From: a virus
IMG/VR virus record: IMGVR_UViG_3300025131_000006
Length of the DNA: 64,000 bases
Direction: 5' to 3' (one strand)
Part shown: piece after piece, positions 1-9,629 of the stretch
Layout of the letters: each line of letters starts with the position of its first letter
Numbering within the stretch: position 1 is the stretch's first letter
Notes under the pieces: model-generated
The model's input: the letters and a program-made list of their open reading frames with translations, nothing else
Told to the model about the DNA's origin: nothing
Database searches by the model: none
Position numbers and translations under genes: made by a program

Positions 1-256
1 TCTTGGCACCTGTGCCCTTGACCTTGGAGAGTGCTTCTCCGATGCTCCCTGCTCCTGTTGCGATGGGAGGCATGAATGGCTCGGTAGCTGCTTTCAGTGC
101 CTCGGACAGATCCCTCATTTCAGGAGTGAGTTCTGTCAAAACTGCCTCTAGTGCTTCGGAGACTTCCGTCTCATGCTCGCCGCGATCATAGAAGTCAGAG
201 TGGTCTTCGGGCTCATAGGGAAAGGGAGTATGAAAATCTTTGGGTGTTCTGGGCAT
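1..256 (-). CDS. hypothetical protein, 3' end runs off the window (MPRTPKDFHTPFPYEPEDHSDF...)
   Basis: ATG at 256 preceded by CAGGAG RBS; frame stays open to the window edge. Confidence 0.6.
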   Translation of the reverse strand, partial: MPRTPKDFHTPFPYEPEDHSDFYDRGEHETEVSEALEAVLTELTPEMRDLSEALKAATEPFMPPIATGAGSIGEALSKVKGTGAK

Positions 257-380
257 ATCGTCTACTCCTGTGTGAATAATGTGGTGTGTGGGGGGTATGT
301 GGAGATGCCGGAGTGTGTCAATTGGCATAAGTGCCTCTCGGCGTCGGGCTGCGATGTCGGCCAACCTGTCTCGGTCGGTC

Positions 381-1634
381 TCAACTGTCGGTGGAGTCTT
401 CCCCAACAAGATATGCCCACTCGCTCCTCTCTCTTCTTTCTTTTTCATGGCTCTCTAGCTCCGGGCGAGTTATGGCTTTTGTCAGTAGCTCGACGAGTTC
501 GTGCGACGATCCTCGTTGCATAACAGTGTCTTCCTCTATGTCTGTGGGGTGGCTCCAAATGTCATACAGAACATCGATGCTGCTTCCATCGCTGACATGC
601 GCAACACAGAATCCTCCGGCCACCAAGTGCATGACCGTCCACCACGTCTGCGAGATCCCCAAGGACTCCGGAGCGGGGATCGCCTCGCGAGTGATAGCAT
701 GGTGTGGGATCACTCCCGGAAATCCCCCTATTATTTTATCCAAGATAATCTCTGGTAATCCTGTGATGTGGCCCAAGATCTCTCGTTGCCATGTGGATCT
801 TGAGGCGATGTCGAAAGACACTTCCCTGAATCCGACGATTTGATAATGTTGGTTGGGGAAGGTGCGGTCTTTGGATTCGGGTGGATGATTGATGCCGTAC
901 TCTTTCCAACCCCAACAATGTGATTCTGTATCTCCTGCCGGGGGAGAGACGCAACCGTCACCAAAGGGTGTCAAGCTCCAGATCCAATCCCCGCGTGTGG
1001 GAATTCCCAACGTGCTGAATAATTGACACGCTTTCCTGCGTAGAGATCCCGGACCCCAACCTCTGGTCGTTCGGGCATAGTCGTACTCTCCTAAGCTCAT
1101 CATGTCCGATAGCCTTGGAGATGGCTTTTTCCCAAAGCCCATGGTTCTCGGAAGACTCAGCCCGTCTTCCGATGCTCCGGCGAATCCTGTTTCTATTCTT
1201 GAATCGGTGCCTGCTCCCATGATGGACAGCCCTGGTCCCGTGGACAAAGACCCCGCAACCAGAGTTCTCGTTGGTTCAGTGACTGAACCGGGAGTCTCCT
1301 CCTCTTCCTCATGGAGGGCTCTTTCGAGTAAAACCCGATCGACAATAGAGCTTATATCGGCCAACATCTTTGGCGTAAAGAGAGCGTCTATCTCGCTGTC
1401 GGGAACGTCTCTTTCTACAACCCCGGACTCCTCCGCGATGCGACGCCGGATCGTCCTGTGGATTGTGTGCAGCAAAGACACGGATTCGCCAACCGAGCTT
1501 ATTCCTAGAAAGGATTCGTCGCCGATAATGATTGTCTCGTCGAGGCTGATCCACCTTTCGGACAGAAGAGCCTCCACGAACTCTTGTCGTTTCTCGCTAT
1601 TGATCAATATCAACAATAGTTCTCGTGCGGTCAT
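381..1634 (-). CDS. hypothetical protein with sub-terminal S[DE]W tag (LESHEKERRERSEW + 11 aa)
   Basis: 452-codon open frame 381-1739; ATG at 1634 preferred as start. Confidence 0.75.
   Translation of the reverse strand: MTARELLLILINSEKRQEFVEALLSERWISLDETIIIGDESFLGISSVGESVSLLHTIHRTIRRRIAEESGVVERDVPDSEIDALFTPKMLADISSIVDRVLLERALHEEEEETPGSVTEPTRTLVAGSLSTGPGLSIMGAGTDSRIETGFAGASEDGLSLPRTMGFGKKPSPRLSDMMSLGEYDYARTTRGWGPGSLRRKACQLFSTLGIPTRGDWIWSLTPFGDGCVSPPAGDTESHCWGWKEYGINHPPESKDRTFPNQHYQIVGFREVSFDIASRSTWQREILGHITGLPEIILDKIIGGFPGVIPHHAITREAIPAPESLGISQTWWTVMHLVAGGFCVAHVSDGSSIDVLYDIWSHPTDIEEDTVMQRGSSHELVELLTKAITRPELESHEKERRERSEWAYLVGEDSTDS
1274..1288. repeat. palindrome GTTYAGTSACTRAAC copy 1 (intragenic)
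   Basis: GTTCAGTGACTGAAC. Confidence 0.9.
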
Positions 1635-1689
1635 GGCTCTACCTGTGCTTGTGGCATTCGGATCTTGGGAGGCTTGGGGGGCCAGGCTC

Positions 1690-2442
1690 TCACCACTCGG
1701 ATCGGGACCGGCGTTCGGCAGCGGCTGCTGCCAGAGCAAGATTCGTCACAGATCCCGACTTCCAAGAGCTAGCGATGGACCTATCCACGAATTCATCGCT
1801 CGCCAATCCTTGGTGGACAGCATACTCCCACAGGTGACTCAACTCCACAGAAACAAACTCCCATGGAGATAGCGTCCGGGTCTCCGAAAATCCGTCTGCT
1901 CTTAAAGGGACCATCGCGATCCCCATTCGATACGGGGCCAATAGTATCTGTGCGTACCCCAATAAGGTGTGTGCTTGGCTCTGCTTTGCGAATCTGATAA
2001 GAAACGCATTTGTCAGGCTGTGATGGTCCAAAGGAAATGGGATCGTGTCCCAAGAGGTCTCTTCTGGGTATGGCCGAAGACTTCCCGCGTGTCTGGGTTC
2101 CATGTTGAATATGTTTCGTAACTCGGCGGAAGCGGTGTCTTGCAGCACTTCGGGAGTCCCGTAGTTGCATATTCCCACCATGTGTGCGACCGGGTCTCGA
2201 TATGGGTCACTGTGACTTCTCCGGAGACCCCGTATGCACAGAACCGCTTTCTTTGTCAAGGAAACGTGTCTGTGGCGAATAAAAATGTCCTCTGTCGCCG
2301 CTTCGAGAGCATCTTTCGCCTTGGTGTTGTGGCGCAAGTAGGGAGCTTCAAGTGCAACCAATCCAGGTGGTGGCGTTAGCTTGCTGTCGTACCACTCGGC
2401 GTATGGATCGGGGGTGACAGCTACATCCGCTGTGCTTATCAT
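1690..2442 (-). CDS. hypothetical protein with C-terminal tag LAAAAAERRSRSEW*
   Basis: ORF; ATGA overlap with the upstream stop, GGAG RBS. Confidence 0.75.
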   Translation of the reverse strand: MISTADVAVTPDPYAEWYDSKLTPPPGLVALEAPYLRHNTKAKDALEAATEDIFIRHRHVSLTKKAVLCIRGLRRSHSDPYRDPVAHMVGICNYGTPEVLQDTASAELRNIFNMEPRHAGSLRPYPEETSWDTIPFPLDHHSLTNAFLIRFAKQSQAHTLLGYAQILLAPYRMGIAMVPLRADGFSETRTLSPWEFVSVELSHLWEYAVHQGLASDEFVDRSIASSWKSGSVTNLALAAAAAERRSRSEW

Positions 2443-3431
2443 GACATGCTCCAATCGCTATTGGTCTTCCGGCGGGCCTCTGCTGCCTCCAAGACCGTTG
2501 CTTTCTTGACCTCTGGCTTCGACGGCAATGTCTCTGTGAATGTCTCTGCGGGCTCCTCTGGGGAGCCCATGACGCTACCTAAGACCGCTAGTCGCTCTTC
2601 TTTGATCTTGCTGTCGGGCACGTACTTCTCTAACCACACGGTCGAGTCACTGTGGGGCAGTGGACGCAGATAAAAGAACGGGTCATGTGCCAAGAACCGA
2701 ATGCTATGAATGTCAATGTCCGGATTTATACGAAAGGCTGTTGAGACTCCTCCGGTCAGCAAGCTCGATGCGATGTACATGCCCAAAGACAAATTCACAG
2801 GTTCTCCGCCCTCTCCACCGCTCCGTCGCAACCTGATGTAGTCGTCGAGAACCACCAACTTGATCCGGTGAGTTTGAGGCAAGAAAGACCACCCGCGTGC
2901 CATGATGTTGGCGATCAGGTATTCGATCTCTCTATCCGTTGCAATGTACAAGCTTCGGAGTGCTGCTTTGAATTTATCTTCTTGCTCTGCGAGGCTGCAT
3001 CCTGTCGGGAGGGAGGTGATCACAATATTCGAGTGATGAATATCCCTGTGGGCCTTGCGGCGATAGACCTCTTTCTCTGATCGTGTCGAGCCGGGAAGAG
3101 GAAGCAGGAACATGTCACCCGGATCTTTTGCGTAAGACGCCTCCAAAGGAGAGAGTTTCCCAGTTGACACGAGCATGCCATCGGACTTCCAAGACTCCCA
3201 TGCCTCTCGGACCTCCTCGATGACTTTTGGGTCCAACAGCCGGGCTTCGTCTATCAGAGCCGGAGCCGTGACACCAGGAGCAACCGCTCTACAGTCGGAG
3301 CACATCCACGTGTACGCACTGATAAGCTCTCGCAAGGTCTCCGTGTGTGCGGGAGGCAGATTCACTCCAACTTGACCCAACTCGCCACTACAGCACCCGC
3401 AATGTACGTTGACAAAGGCTTCGAAGAACAT
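2439..3431 (-). CDS. hypothetical protein, N-terminal Cys (Zn) motifs, sub-terminal tag LEAAEARRKTNSDW+SMS*
   Basis: 330-aa ORF with CGCC and CSDC motifs. Confidence 0.75.
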   Translation of the reverse strand: MFFEAFVNVHCGCCSGELGQVGVNLPPAHTETLRELISAYTWMCSDCRAVAPGVTAPALIDEARLLDPKVIEEVREAWESWKSDGMLVSTGKLSPLEASYAKDPGDMFLLPLPGSTRSEKEVYRRKAHRDIHHSNIVITSLPTGCSLAEQEDKFKAALRSLYIATDREIEYLIANIMARGWSFLPQTHRIKLVVLDDYIRLRRSGGEGGEPVNLSLGMYIASSLLTGGVSTAFRINPDIDIHSIRFLAHDPFFYLRPLPHSDSTVWLEKYVPDSKIKEERLAVLGSVMGSPEEPAETFTETLPSKPEVKKATVLEAAEARRKTNSDWSMS

Positions 3432-3641
3432 GATCCATCCTGTTTTGACAGTCTTACTTTGAGTCCGGTTTTGTGCTGCCCGTGAACTTCTTGTCTGTGT
3501 TCTTGTCTGTGTCTCTCACCACACGCTCCTTCGTCGGCGATCTCTCTCTATCTCGGCAGGAGAAAGTTTCTTTGGTCGGGTTGCTCGCGGAGGAGGTGGA
3601 GTGAACAGAAGCTCTTCGGTCGCAGGCCGTGAGGCTTCTGT

Positions 3642-4025
3642 TCAAATTCTTTCGCGGATCTTCCTTTCCGCATGACCGATTTCGTTGCATAAGTCTCGGT
3701 TGAGGCGTTTCTGTCGAGGGTTCCGGGAGTACTTGAGCAGAGTCTCTGTGTATCGGTCTAAGTCGATGCCATCGTTCAAAAGATCGACGACTTGTTTTAT
3801 CCGCGATCCGGAGCCAAGGAGCAAGACAAGCTCCACATAGCAGAACATGGCCCAACCCTCTTCGGCATCTTTTTCGGATTTTTTGGGGTCGTCCGGGGTG
3901 TGCACGACCAACAGTGTACGAGCCGCACGAGTGGCACTTCCTTTGCTTACATGGAACTCTTCGATGTTGTGGTTTCGAGCCTCCTCTGTGTCGAGGAGAG
4001 GCGATCGCAGTCGATATAAGTTCAT
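3642..4025 (-). CDS. hypothetical protein; frame continues past the TGA to 3516, ending PAEIERDRRRRSVW*
   Basis: ATG at 4025 with CAGGAG RBS; downstream in-frame codons translated by hand. Confidence 0.65.
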   Translation of the reverse strand: MNLYRLRSPLLDTEEARNHNIEEFHVSKGSATRAARTLLVVHTPDDPKKSEKDAEEGWAMFCYVELVLLLGSGSRIKQVVDLLNDGIDLDRYTETLLKYSRNPRQKRLNRDLCNEIGHAERKIRERI

Positions 4026-4045
4026 TTGTCGTTTCTCCTGGAAAT

Positions 4046-4060
4046 GTTCAGTGACTGAAC
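4046..4060. repeat. palindrome copy 2
   Basis: GTTCAGTGACTGAAC, just 5' of the RBS of the gene starting at 4025. Confidence 0.9.
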
Positions 4061-4115
4061 ATCGATTTCGTGTCTTACTTGAATATGCCAAGGGCGATGC
4101 GGATAAATATCTGGA

Positions 4116-5678
4116 TTAGACCTTCCCCGAACTCCCGGTCTTGTGGGGCTTTCCCCCGACATGGGCGTCTTCTGCGGAGATCGTGGTGGAGGTGCTGTCA
4201 GTGTCCACTGCAAGATCGACCGTGTCCGTCACGGGATCGGCTACAGGAGGTGTTCCGGGCACACGAGAGACCTTTTCGGTCGCCGGAATGGCCACGTGGT
4301 CTTCCACGATAGACACCATCCCCATTAGCGACCGGACTGCCAATTGGACTTCGGCAGTGTTGTGCTCGGCAGGCAGGTTCTCAAGGGCAGTACACACCGT
4401 GGACACATCGACACCCAAAGCCATCGCGTCGTCGCCTCGGAAAAACACCCCCGGCCAATCGTCGCCAAAGCGAACAGGTCCGGTCTCGATGCGTTCTCCG
4501 ATCGGACCCGGCACCGAGCAGATTCCGTATAACCCATCCCACTCCGGGGAGAAGTACTCGTTCCAATCTCTCTCATCGTGATATTCGCGGAGATAGGCTT
4601 TTCGCTCTTTATCCAACTCTTCGGTGAGGCGACGCCTGCGATTCAATGAGATGCGGTGAATGACGCCCATGACCAACCGAGCGGATTCGTCGATGTCTTG
4701 GAGGGCGTCATTGAGTCCGCTCTCTTCGGAGAGCCGGAGGTCTCTCTCTCGCAAAGACAAGGGGAACTCTTCCAAGTGCTCCGCGAGGCCCTCTTCCTCA
4801 TACCGTCGAGCTTCGATGTACTCCGACCACGAGATCTCGCCGTTCTGAACTCTGTCGTACATCGAGGCAGCGGCTTGTGTTTGCCGGAAAGGACTCTGGG
4901 TGGCGTCGGCTGCTCGCGGCGTAGAGGGCTGTCTCCCTCTGGCAGGTTGGGACGCAGGGAATCCAAACAGGGAGGTCTGTCGAGGTGGTCCAGACTTCTT
5001 TCCACCGGAGCGTCCTTGATTGACACCCGGAGGCGTCATGGAACTCCACGGGTCCACCGGATCAGTAGACATGTCCGACCGTCGAGTACTGTACCCGCCC
5101 TGACGACCTCCTCCGAATGACGATCGACTGCGGCTTCCGCCGGGGGAACTGTGCGAGTTGGCTCCGGTGCGACCACCCGATCGGTGCCACCTTTCGTCCT
5201 CCGGGATCGTGCGACCACCATTGACGCCACCATCGCTACTCGAAGAACGCGACCCCGACGACGAAGCACGAGGCCACTCTCGGTCGCCATTGTCATCGAA
5301 CTCAGGCAGATCTTCCAAGCCGTCGTATTCGCTGTCGATCTCTTCGGCGATAGATTCCTCTTCTGTGATCTCGCCAAGGGCGATCTTCTCGGCCAACTCG
5401 TCCGCCTCTCGAAGCAGCTTCTCGACCGACTGACGCTTGAAACTGTGCCGGTGTATGGCCACAGAGTCTTCCAGAAACAAAGCTTGCTCCAAGCCCTCTC
5501 GAACCTCCTCCACGTCGTATGGTCCCAAGTCCGATCCGCCAAAGCGAACAAACCACACTTTCGTGGGGTCTCCCTTGGGGATATTGCCCTTCTTGGTGCG
5601 AGCCGGGCTCTTAGATCGAGTCGCCTCTCTCTCTCGTCTCCGATCGCCCTTTGTCTGCATCTTTCTTTTCTTCGTCAT
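4116..5678 (-). CDS. GYF_2 (DUF4339)-like domain protein with long Gly/Ser/Arg-rich disordered region
   Basis: WFVRFGGSDLGPYDVEEVREGL matches the GYF_2 pattern W-Y/F...G..GP; ATG at 5678 with GGAGAG RBS. Confidence 0.65.
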   Translation of the reverse strand: MTKKRKMQTKGDRRREREATRSKSPARTKKGNIPKGDPTKVWFVRFGGSDLGPYDVEEVREGLEQALFLEDSVAIHRHSFKRQSVEKLLREADELAEKIALGEITEEESIAEEIDSEYDGLEDLPEFDDNGDREWPRASSSGSRSSSSDGGVNGGRTIPEDERWHRSGGRTGANSHSSPGGSRSRSSFGGGRQGGYSTRRSDMSTDPVDPWSSMTPPGVNQGRSGGKKSGPPRQTSLFGFPASQPARGRQPSTPRAADATQSPFRQTQAAASMYDRVQNGEISWSEYIEARRYEEEGLAEHLEEFPLSLRERDLRLSEESGLNDALQDIDESARLVMGVIHRISLNRRRRLTEELDKERKAYLREYHDERDWNEYFSPEWDGLYGICSVPGPIGERIETGPVRFGDDWPGVFFRGDDAMALGVDVSTVCTALENLPAEHNTAEVQLAVRSLMGMVSIVEDHVAIPATEKVSRVPGTPPVADPVTDTVDLAVDTDSTSTTISAEDAHVGGKPHKTGSSGKV

Positions 5679-5874
5679 TTTTCTCTCCGTTTGGCAGCAA
5701 CGTAATCGCCTCCACAGATCTGTGGTTTTTAAAGACTGTCGCGAGCGGCGCCGCATGCCTTGTCCAATCTGGAACCAAGTAAATATAGACTGACATGTTC
5801 GCTATTTGAACATCGGCGGAGCACTTAAGTGGCACTTTTTCGCGTCGCGAAGCACTTCACCACAATCACCACAA

Positions 5875-6282
5875 TCACCACAAATAGGTAAACTGACGAT
5901 TTCTCGCGGCTCGGTCTCGTCTCTCTTTCTCTTCCTTTTTCTGATTCTTCGCGTCCCATAACAAAAAGGTACGCACCATGCGACGCAGCTTGCTCTGTGT
6001 CTTCTTGTCAGGCCGGAACTCGACCACGAAGCTGTCGTCCAACGACACCGGGTCACTCGGGCCGCTGTAGTGTGCGAAGACCACATACCGACGCTCATCC
6101 GGCGACCAGATCGAAAACGTTCCCCCAATGCCTGGCATGGCAATCATGCCCACCTCTGAGACTTCAGCACCAAAAGCATCCGGGCCGAACGGTGCCGGAC
6201 CACGTGAACCATCCGGTGCCACCCACTGAGGCCGAAACTTGGTCACCCATGCGTTATCCAGGACACACTCAATCCGATGCAT
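5875..6282 (-). CDS. hypothetical protein, ends RDRAARNRQFTYLW* (degenerate tag?)
   Basis: ORF coupled to the upstream gene; GGAG RBS. Confidence 0.6.
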   Translation of the reverse strand: MHRIECVLDNAWVTKFRPQWVAPDGSRGPAPFGPDAFGAEVSEVGMIAMPGIGGTFSIWSPDERRYVVFAHYSGPSDPVSLDDSFVVEFRPDKKTQSKLRRMVRTFLLWDAKNQKKEEKERRDRAARNRQFTYLW

Positions 6283-6958
6283 CACCTGCTCCATCGGAAT
6301 CCCCAAGCTCTGCCGAGTCGGATACAATCTTCAACTTGGCCACCAAGCGAATCTGCCGGTGCATCCGCAGCCGAACAAAAGACCAATCCACCGGCAAGCT
6401 CTCCGGCAACAGTGCTTGTATCTGAGAGAGCCCTGCATCCACGGCATCGCCCAATCGACAAACCTCCTCGGTCTCCCAATCAAGAGCCGTCGTCTTGCGT
6501 GGCGTCTTGTATCCCCGCAAACTCACCGGCAGGTCACGCACCCGACGCATATCCGGTGTGCTGTACCGGGTTTCGAACTTCGACCAAGAACGCACCGCTT
6601 CGTTGTTCACCCACGCTGCCGCCCCCTCTAGGAAGACAACCCGCAGCCACATGGAACACGGACTCCGTGCAATCACCGTACACGGTATGCCCGCAGCCGA
6701 CCCCATAAACCCCTGCTTGTAACTGTCCAAGCTAGCCGTTTGGCTGATCAGATGCAGGCGATCCAAGAGCATATTCTTCATTCGACCCGGACCCAACCCG
6801 GAGAACTCTCGCATGCCCTGCAACGGTGGTCCATAGTCTTCTAGCAGGTAGCTCTCTCTATCCCCCAACAGAGATGCCAAAGCCCTATGCTCGACCTTGT
6901 CCTCGGCATAGTAGCGAATCCAACTCTCAAACGTCGACTTGTCTCTAGTGATTCCCAT
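6269..6958 (-). CDS. hypothetical protein
   Basis: 229-aa ORF with CAGGAG RBS. Confidence 0.7.
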   Translation of the reverse strand: MGITRDKSTFESWIRYYAEDKVEHRALASLLGDRESYLLEDYGPPLQGMREFSGLGPGRMKNMLLDRLHLISQTASLDSYKQGFMGSAAGIPCTVIARSPCSMWLRVVFLEGAAAWVNNEAVRSWSKFETRYSTPDMRRVRDLPVSLRGYKTPRKTTALDWETEEVCRLGDAVDAGLSQIQALLPESLPVDWSFVRLRMHRQIRLVAKLKIVSDSAELGDSDGAGDASD

Positions 6959-6977
6959 CTCAACGGCTCCTGGTGTA

Positions 6978-7301
6978 TCAAGTAATGATTATCTCTTCGT
7001 ATACGTGCTTCACACGAACTGTGTGCATTACCGTGCCCCCTAGTTGGATAGAGTCTATATAATCCAAGATTAACTCTTCGGGGATGTCCTCAAAGGCCGA
7101 AAACATGTGAAAGACACGTGTCTCCCACAGTTCAGGTTCACTCTCGTGTTTACGCAGGTGCTCGGCGAACAAGTGCACTTCGCTGGTTTCCGTCATCGGA
7201 TTAGTGTAGCCAACTACACACAAAATCTGCGAATCCGGGGGCATCGACATGCTTTGTGTTCGGGTCTCCGACAAGTAGAACTCTGTGATTGTTTTGCTCA
7301 T
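6978..7301 (-). CDS. conserved phage hypothetical protein
   Basis: 107-aa ORF, GAGGAG RBS; resembles a widespread small phage family (MP..SQIL.V...HVYE). Confidence 0.7.
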   Translation of the reverse strand: MSKTITEFYLSETRTQSMSMPPDSQILCVVGYTNPMTETSEVHLFAEHLRKHESEPELWETRVFHMFSAFEDIPEELILDYIDSIQLGGTVMHTVRVKHVYEEIIIT

Positions 7302-7371
7302 GTCTGGATTCTCTCCTCTTTCAAGTCATCGTATCGGGCAGATTATATTATATCGGGCAGGTACCAAAAAA

Positions 7372-7386
7372 GTTCAGTCACTGAAC
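7372..7386. repeat. palindrome copy 3
   Basis: GTTCAGTCACTGAAC, intergenic. Confidence 0.9.
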
Positions 7387-7413
7387 TTCATGTGCTGTTG
7401 TCGGATCGCAGCA

Positions 7414-7776
7414 TCACCAATCCGATAAAGCCTTTCGGTTCCTCATCATGGCATCCAATGACAGGCCGGGATACTTGCCCAACACACGCAGCACCATGCG
7501 AGTCGGCTCCAACAAAACACGCAGAAGCATAGCCCGACCCACGTCAAGCTCGCACCTCTCTATTGTCTTTGGATTCGGCTCCACGATCTTTAATGCGATT
7601 CCCGATGTCCGGGTTCTCACACGCTCCATTCGGAGCGTGTACCTGTGAAAAGCTTCTCCCTTGATCGCACCGCCCGGATTCCCGAAGATCGTCCAACTTT
7701 GAAGCGGAGTATTCTCCAACTCAGCCCTCCGGACGATCCAATCCAACCGCCTCACCAATCGCGATAACTTACTCAC
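7414..7776 (-). CDS. hypothetical protein with C-terminal tag LDAMMRNRKALSDW*
   Basis: GTGA overlap with the upstream stop. Confidence 0.7.
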   Translation of the reverse strand: MSKLSRLVRRLDWIVRRAELENTPLQSWTIFGNPGGAIKGEAFHRYTLRMERVRTRTSGIALKIVEPNPKTIERCELDVGRAMLLRVLLEPTRMVLRVLGKYPGLSLDAMMRNRKALSDW

Positions 7777-8714
7777 GACACTGCCTTACCAGGGACACAC
7801 AACTCATACGACTCTTTCAACGCATCCAACCCAACCGCTGCATCCGCGTCGCGAACCACCGACCGATCATGGCTCATCCAAGACCTCACCATGTCCATCT
7901 GGCGTTTGGTCTGCGGCGACTCCGCGTTCGCCATGTACTCATCCACCGACCGACACCACTCCCAATACCCCAACACACCATGCACGATCGATTCTTGACC
8001 CATGTCCTGAATGTCGTTCGCCTCCACACCACACCACCCGGCCATCCACTCCCACAACCACGGACCCGCGTGTCGTTGCAACCAACAACACATCACCGTT
8101 CCTGTTCGACCGTGCCCTCCCCAACAGTGCACATAGATACCCATCCCCAACGCCAACGTCGCGTCCATCACATCCAAGAGCATATTCATCGTCCTGACGT
8201 CCGGAACGCTCATGTCTTTGATCGGCGCATGCACGTTCGAACCACCCACGCGAATGTCACCCGCCTTGCTCCCGTGCAACATTTGCCATGCTGCGGCATA
8301 CGACAAAAACCCGTGATTCTCCCACGTCTTCTCTCCATCCTCTTGCAAGCGAAAGAGCGTATCCACCCCAGACTCTTTCAAGGACCGCAACGCCTCCATC
8401 GCTCGCGGCGACGACACCGCTAGTTTTCTCCCTCGATCCCACGAAGCTCTGCTCTCGTATCCCGGATACGGACCACAGATGATCGGAACGCTCTCCTTCC
8501 CCAATAACGACGCCCCCGCTGACCCCACCCTCGCAACCTCGAACCTCCGAGGCCCATGCGACACCGGAGCCACCACCGACGACAACTGCAACTCCAACTC
8601 CATGTCTCGCACCATCACGAGTTCACCCCATGTCGGGAGATGTTTGCGTCGCGACACCGACAAGTGCATCTCCATCATTGCTTGCTTCGTCTTTGCGTCC
8701 AATCTCTCTTTCAT
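7773..8714 (-). CDS. dual-specificity/protein-tyrosine phosphatase family protein
   Basis: Catalytic loop IYVHCWGGHGRTG (HCx5R); PIKDMSVP general-acid loop; SPQTKRQ Q-loop. Confidence 0.85.
   Translation of the reverse strand: MKERLDAKTKQAMMEMHLSVSRRKHLPTWGELVMVRDMELELQLSSVVAPVSHGPRRFEVARVGSAGASLLGKESVPIICGPYPGYESRASWDRGRKLAVSSPRAMEALRSLKESGVDTLFRLQEDGEKTWENHGFLSYAAAWQMLHGSKAGDIRVGGSNVHAPIKDMSVPDVRTMNMLLDVMDATLALGMGIYVHCWGGHGRTGTVMCCWLQRHAGPWLWEWMAGWCGVEANDIQDMGQESIVHGVLGYWEWCRSVDEYMANAESPQTKRQMDMVRSWMSHDRSVVRDADAAVGLDALKESYELCVPGKAVS
8604..8670. repeat. 67-bp exact repeat, inverted copy of 59998-60064
   Basis: Base-by-base identity; both copies encode MHLSVSRRKHLPTWGELVMVRD. Confidence 0.95.
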
Positions 8715-8906
8715 CTTCCACTCCTGTCCTGGCTCTCAAACCACACACAGCACCTCATGTGCCATCTGTGTTATCTTCTAGTGTCTTCTCTCAATCGCCA
8801 CCCTCAGCGGCAACCAATCTGACGTGCTCTGCACCCCAACCTGCTGCATACATATAACCCACTAAACCGCATATCACGACACACGCACACGATCGGAGGC
8901 TTCATT

Positions 8907-9629
8907 ATGTCAATCACCCACCACCACCACTCCATTCCCCTCGTGTCCATGATAAACATACAAGGCCATACCATCATCATCGCACCCAAGCAAATCGCAC
9001 CCGAACACCTGCTCCACCGACGCGACTCACAAACCCAACTCCCCACCTTCCAATGCATGACACCATCCGGCAACCCACACCAATGCATGTGCCCTCCACA
9101 CGCCATATGCCCCGTACTCATCGCCACCCGTGCCGCCGTCTTGTTCGAACTGCTCCCTCTCGCACAGCAAATCATCATACCCTGGCGTGACTCCACACTC
9201 ACTCGCCGACTCCCACCCGCACAGTTCGCCGCACACCTGAATAATGAAGCCGACCCACACACACGACCCACACAAGAACCATGGACTCCCCCCGACTCCA
9301 TGTCCGAAACACACCGCGAAATACGATCCCTGGAACACATGGCACAACAAGAACAACGCACCGGACGACAAGTCGCCGCATCCATCCACCAAGGCGTACG
9401 ACTCGGCGCCCAAGACACACTCCGACGACTCCGGGCCATCGGACCTTCCCAACAACCCACCGAAACCATACCACGCTTATGGTGCATCTGGATTCCACGC
9501 AACTTCCACGCACACCCCACACCATACCAAGTCTTCCGAGCCAACTACGATGGACTCAATTGGTCCGTACAACAAGGCGCACTACTTCACGTCAAACCCA
9601 CACCACAATGGATCGTCTCCGGATACTAA
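8907..9629 (+). CDS. hypothetical protein
   Basis: 240-aa ORF with GGAGG RBS; lies in strongly C/A-skewed DNA. Confidence 0.5.
   Translation: MSITHHHHSIPLVSMINIQGHTIIIAPKQIAPEHLLHRRDSQTQLPTFQCMTPSGNPHQCMCPPHAICPVLIATRAAVLFELLPLAQQIIIPWRDSTLTRRLPPAQFAAHLNNEADPHTRPTQEPWTPPDSMSETHREIRSLEHMAQQEQRTGRQVAASIHQGVRLGAQDTLRRLRAIGPSQQPTETIPRLWCIWIPRNFHAHPTPYQVFRANYDGLNWSVQQGALLHVKPTPQWIVSGY

Noticed and set aside
3642-3644. Genome-wide TGA recoding
   Set aside because: Many well-defined genes end at TGA with coupled ATGA/GTGA starts, and the conserved enzymes are uninterrupted under code 11.
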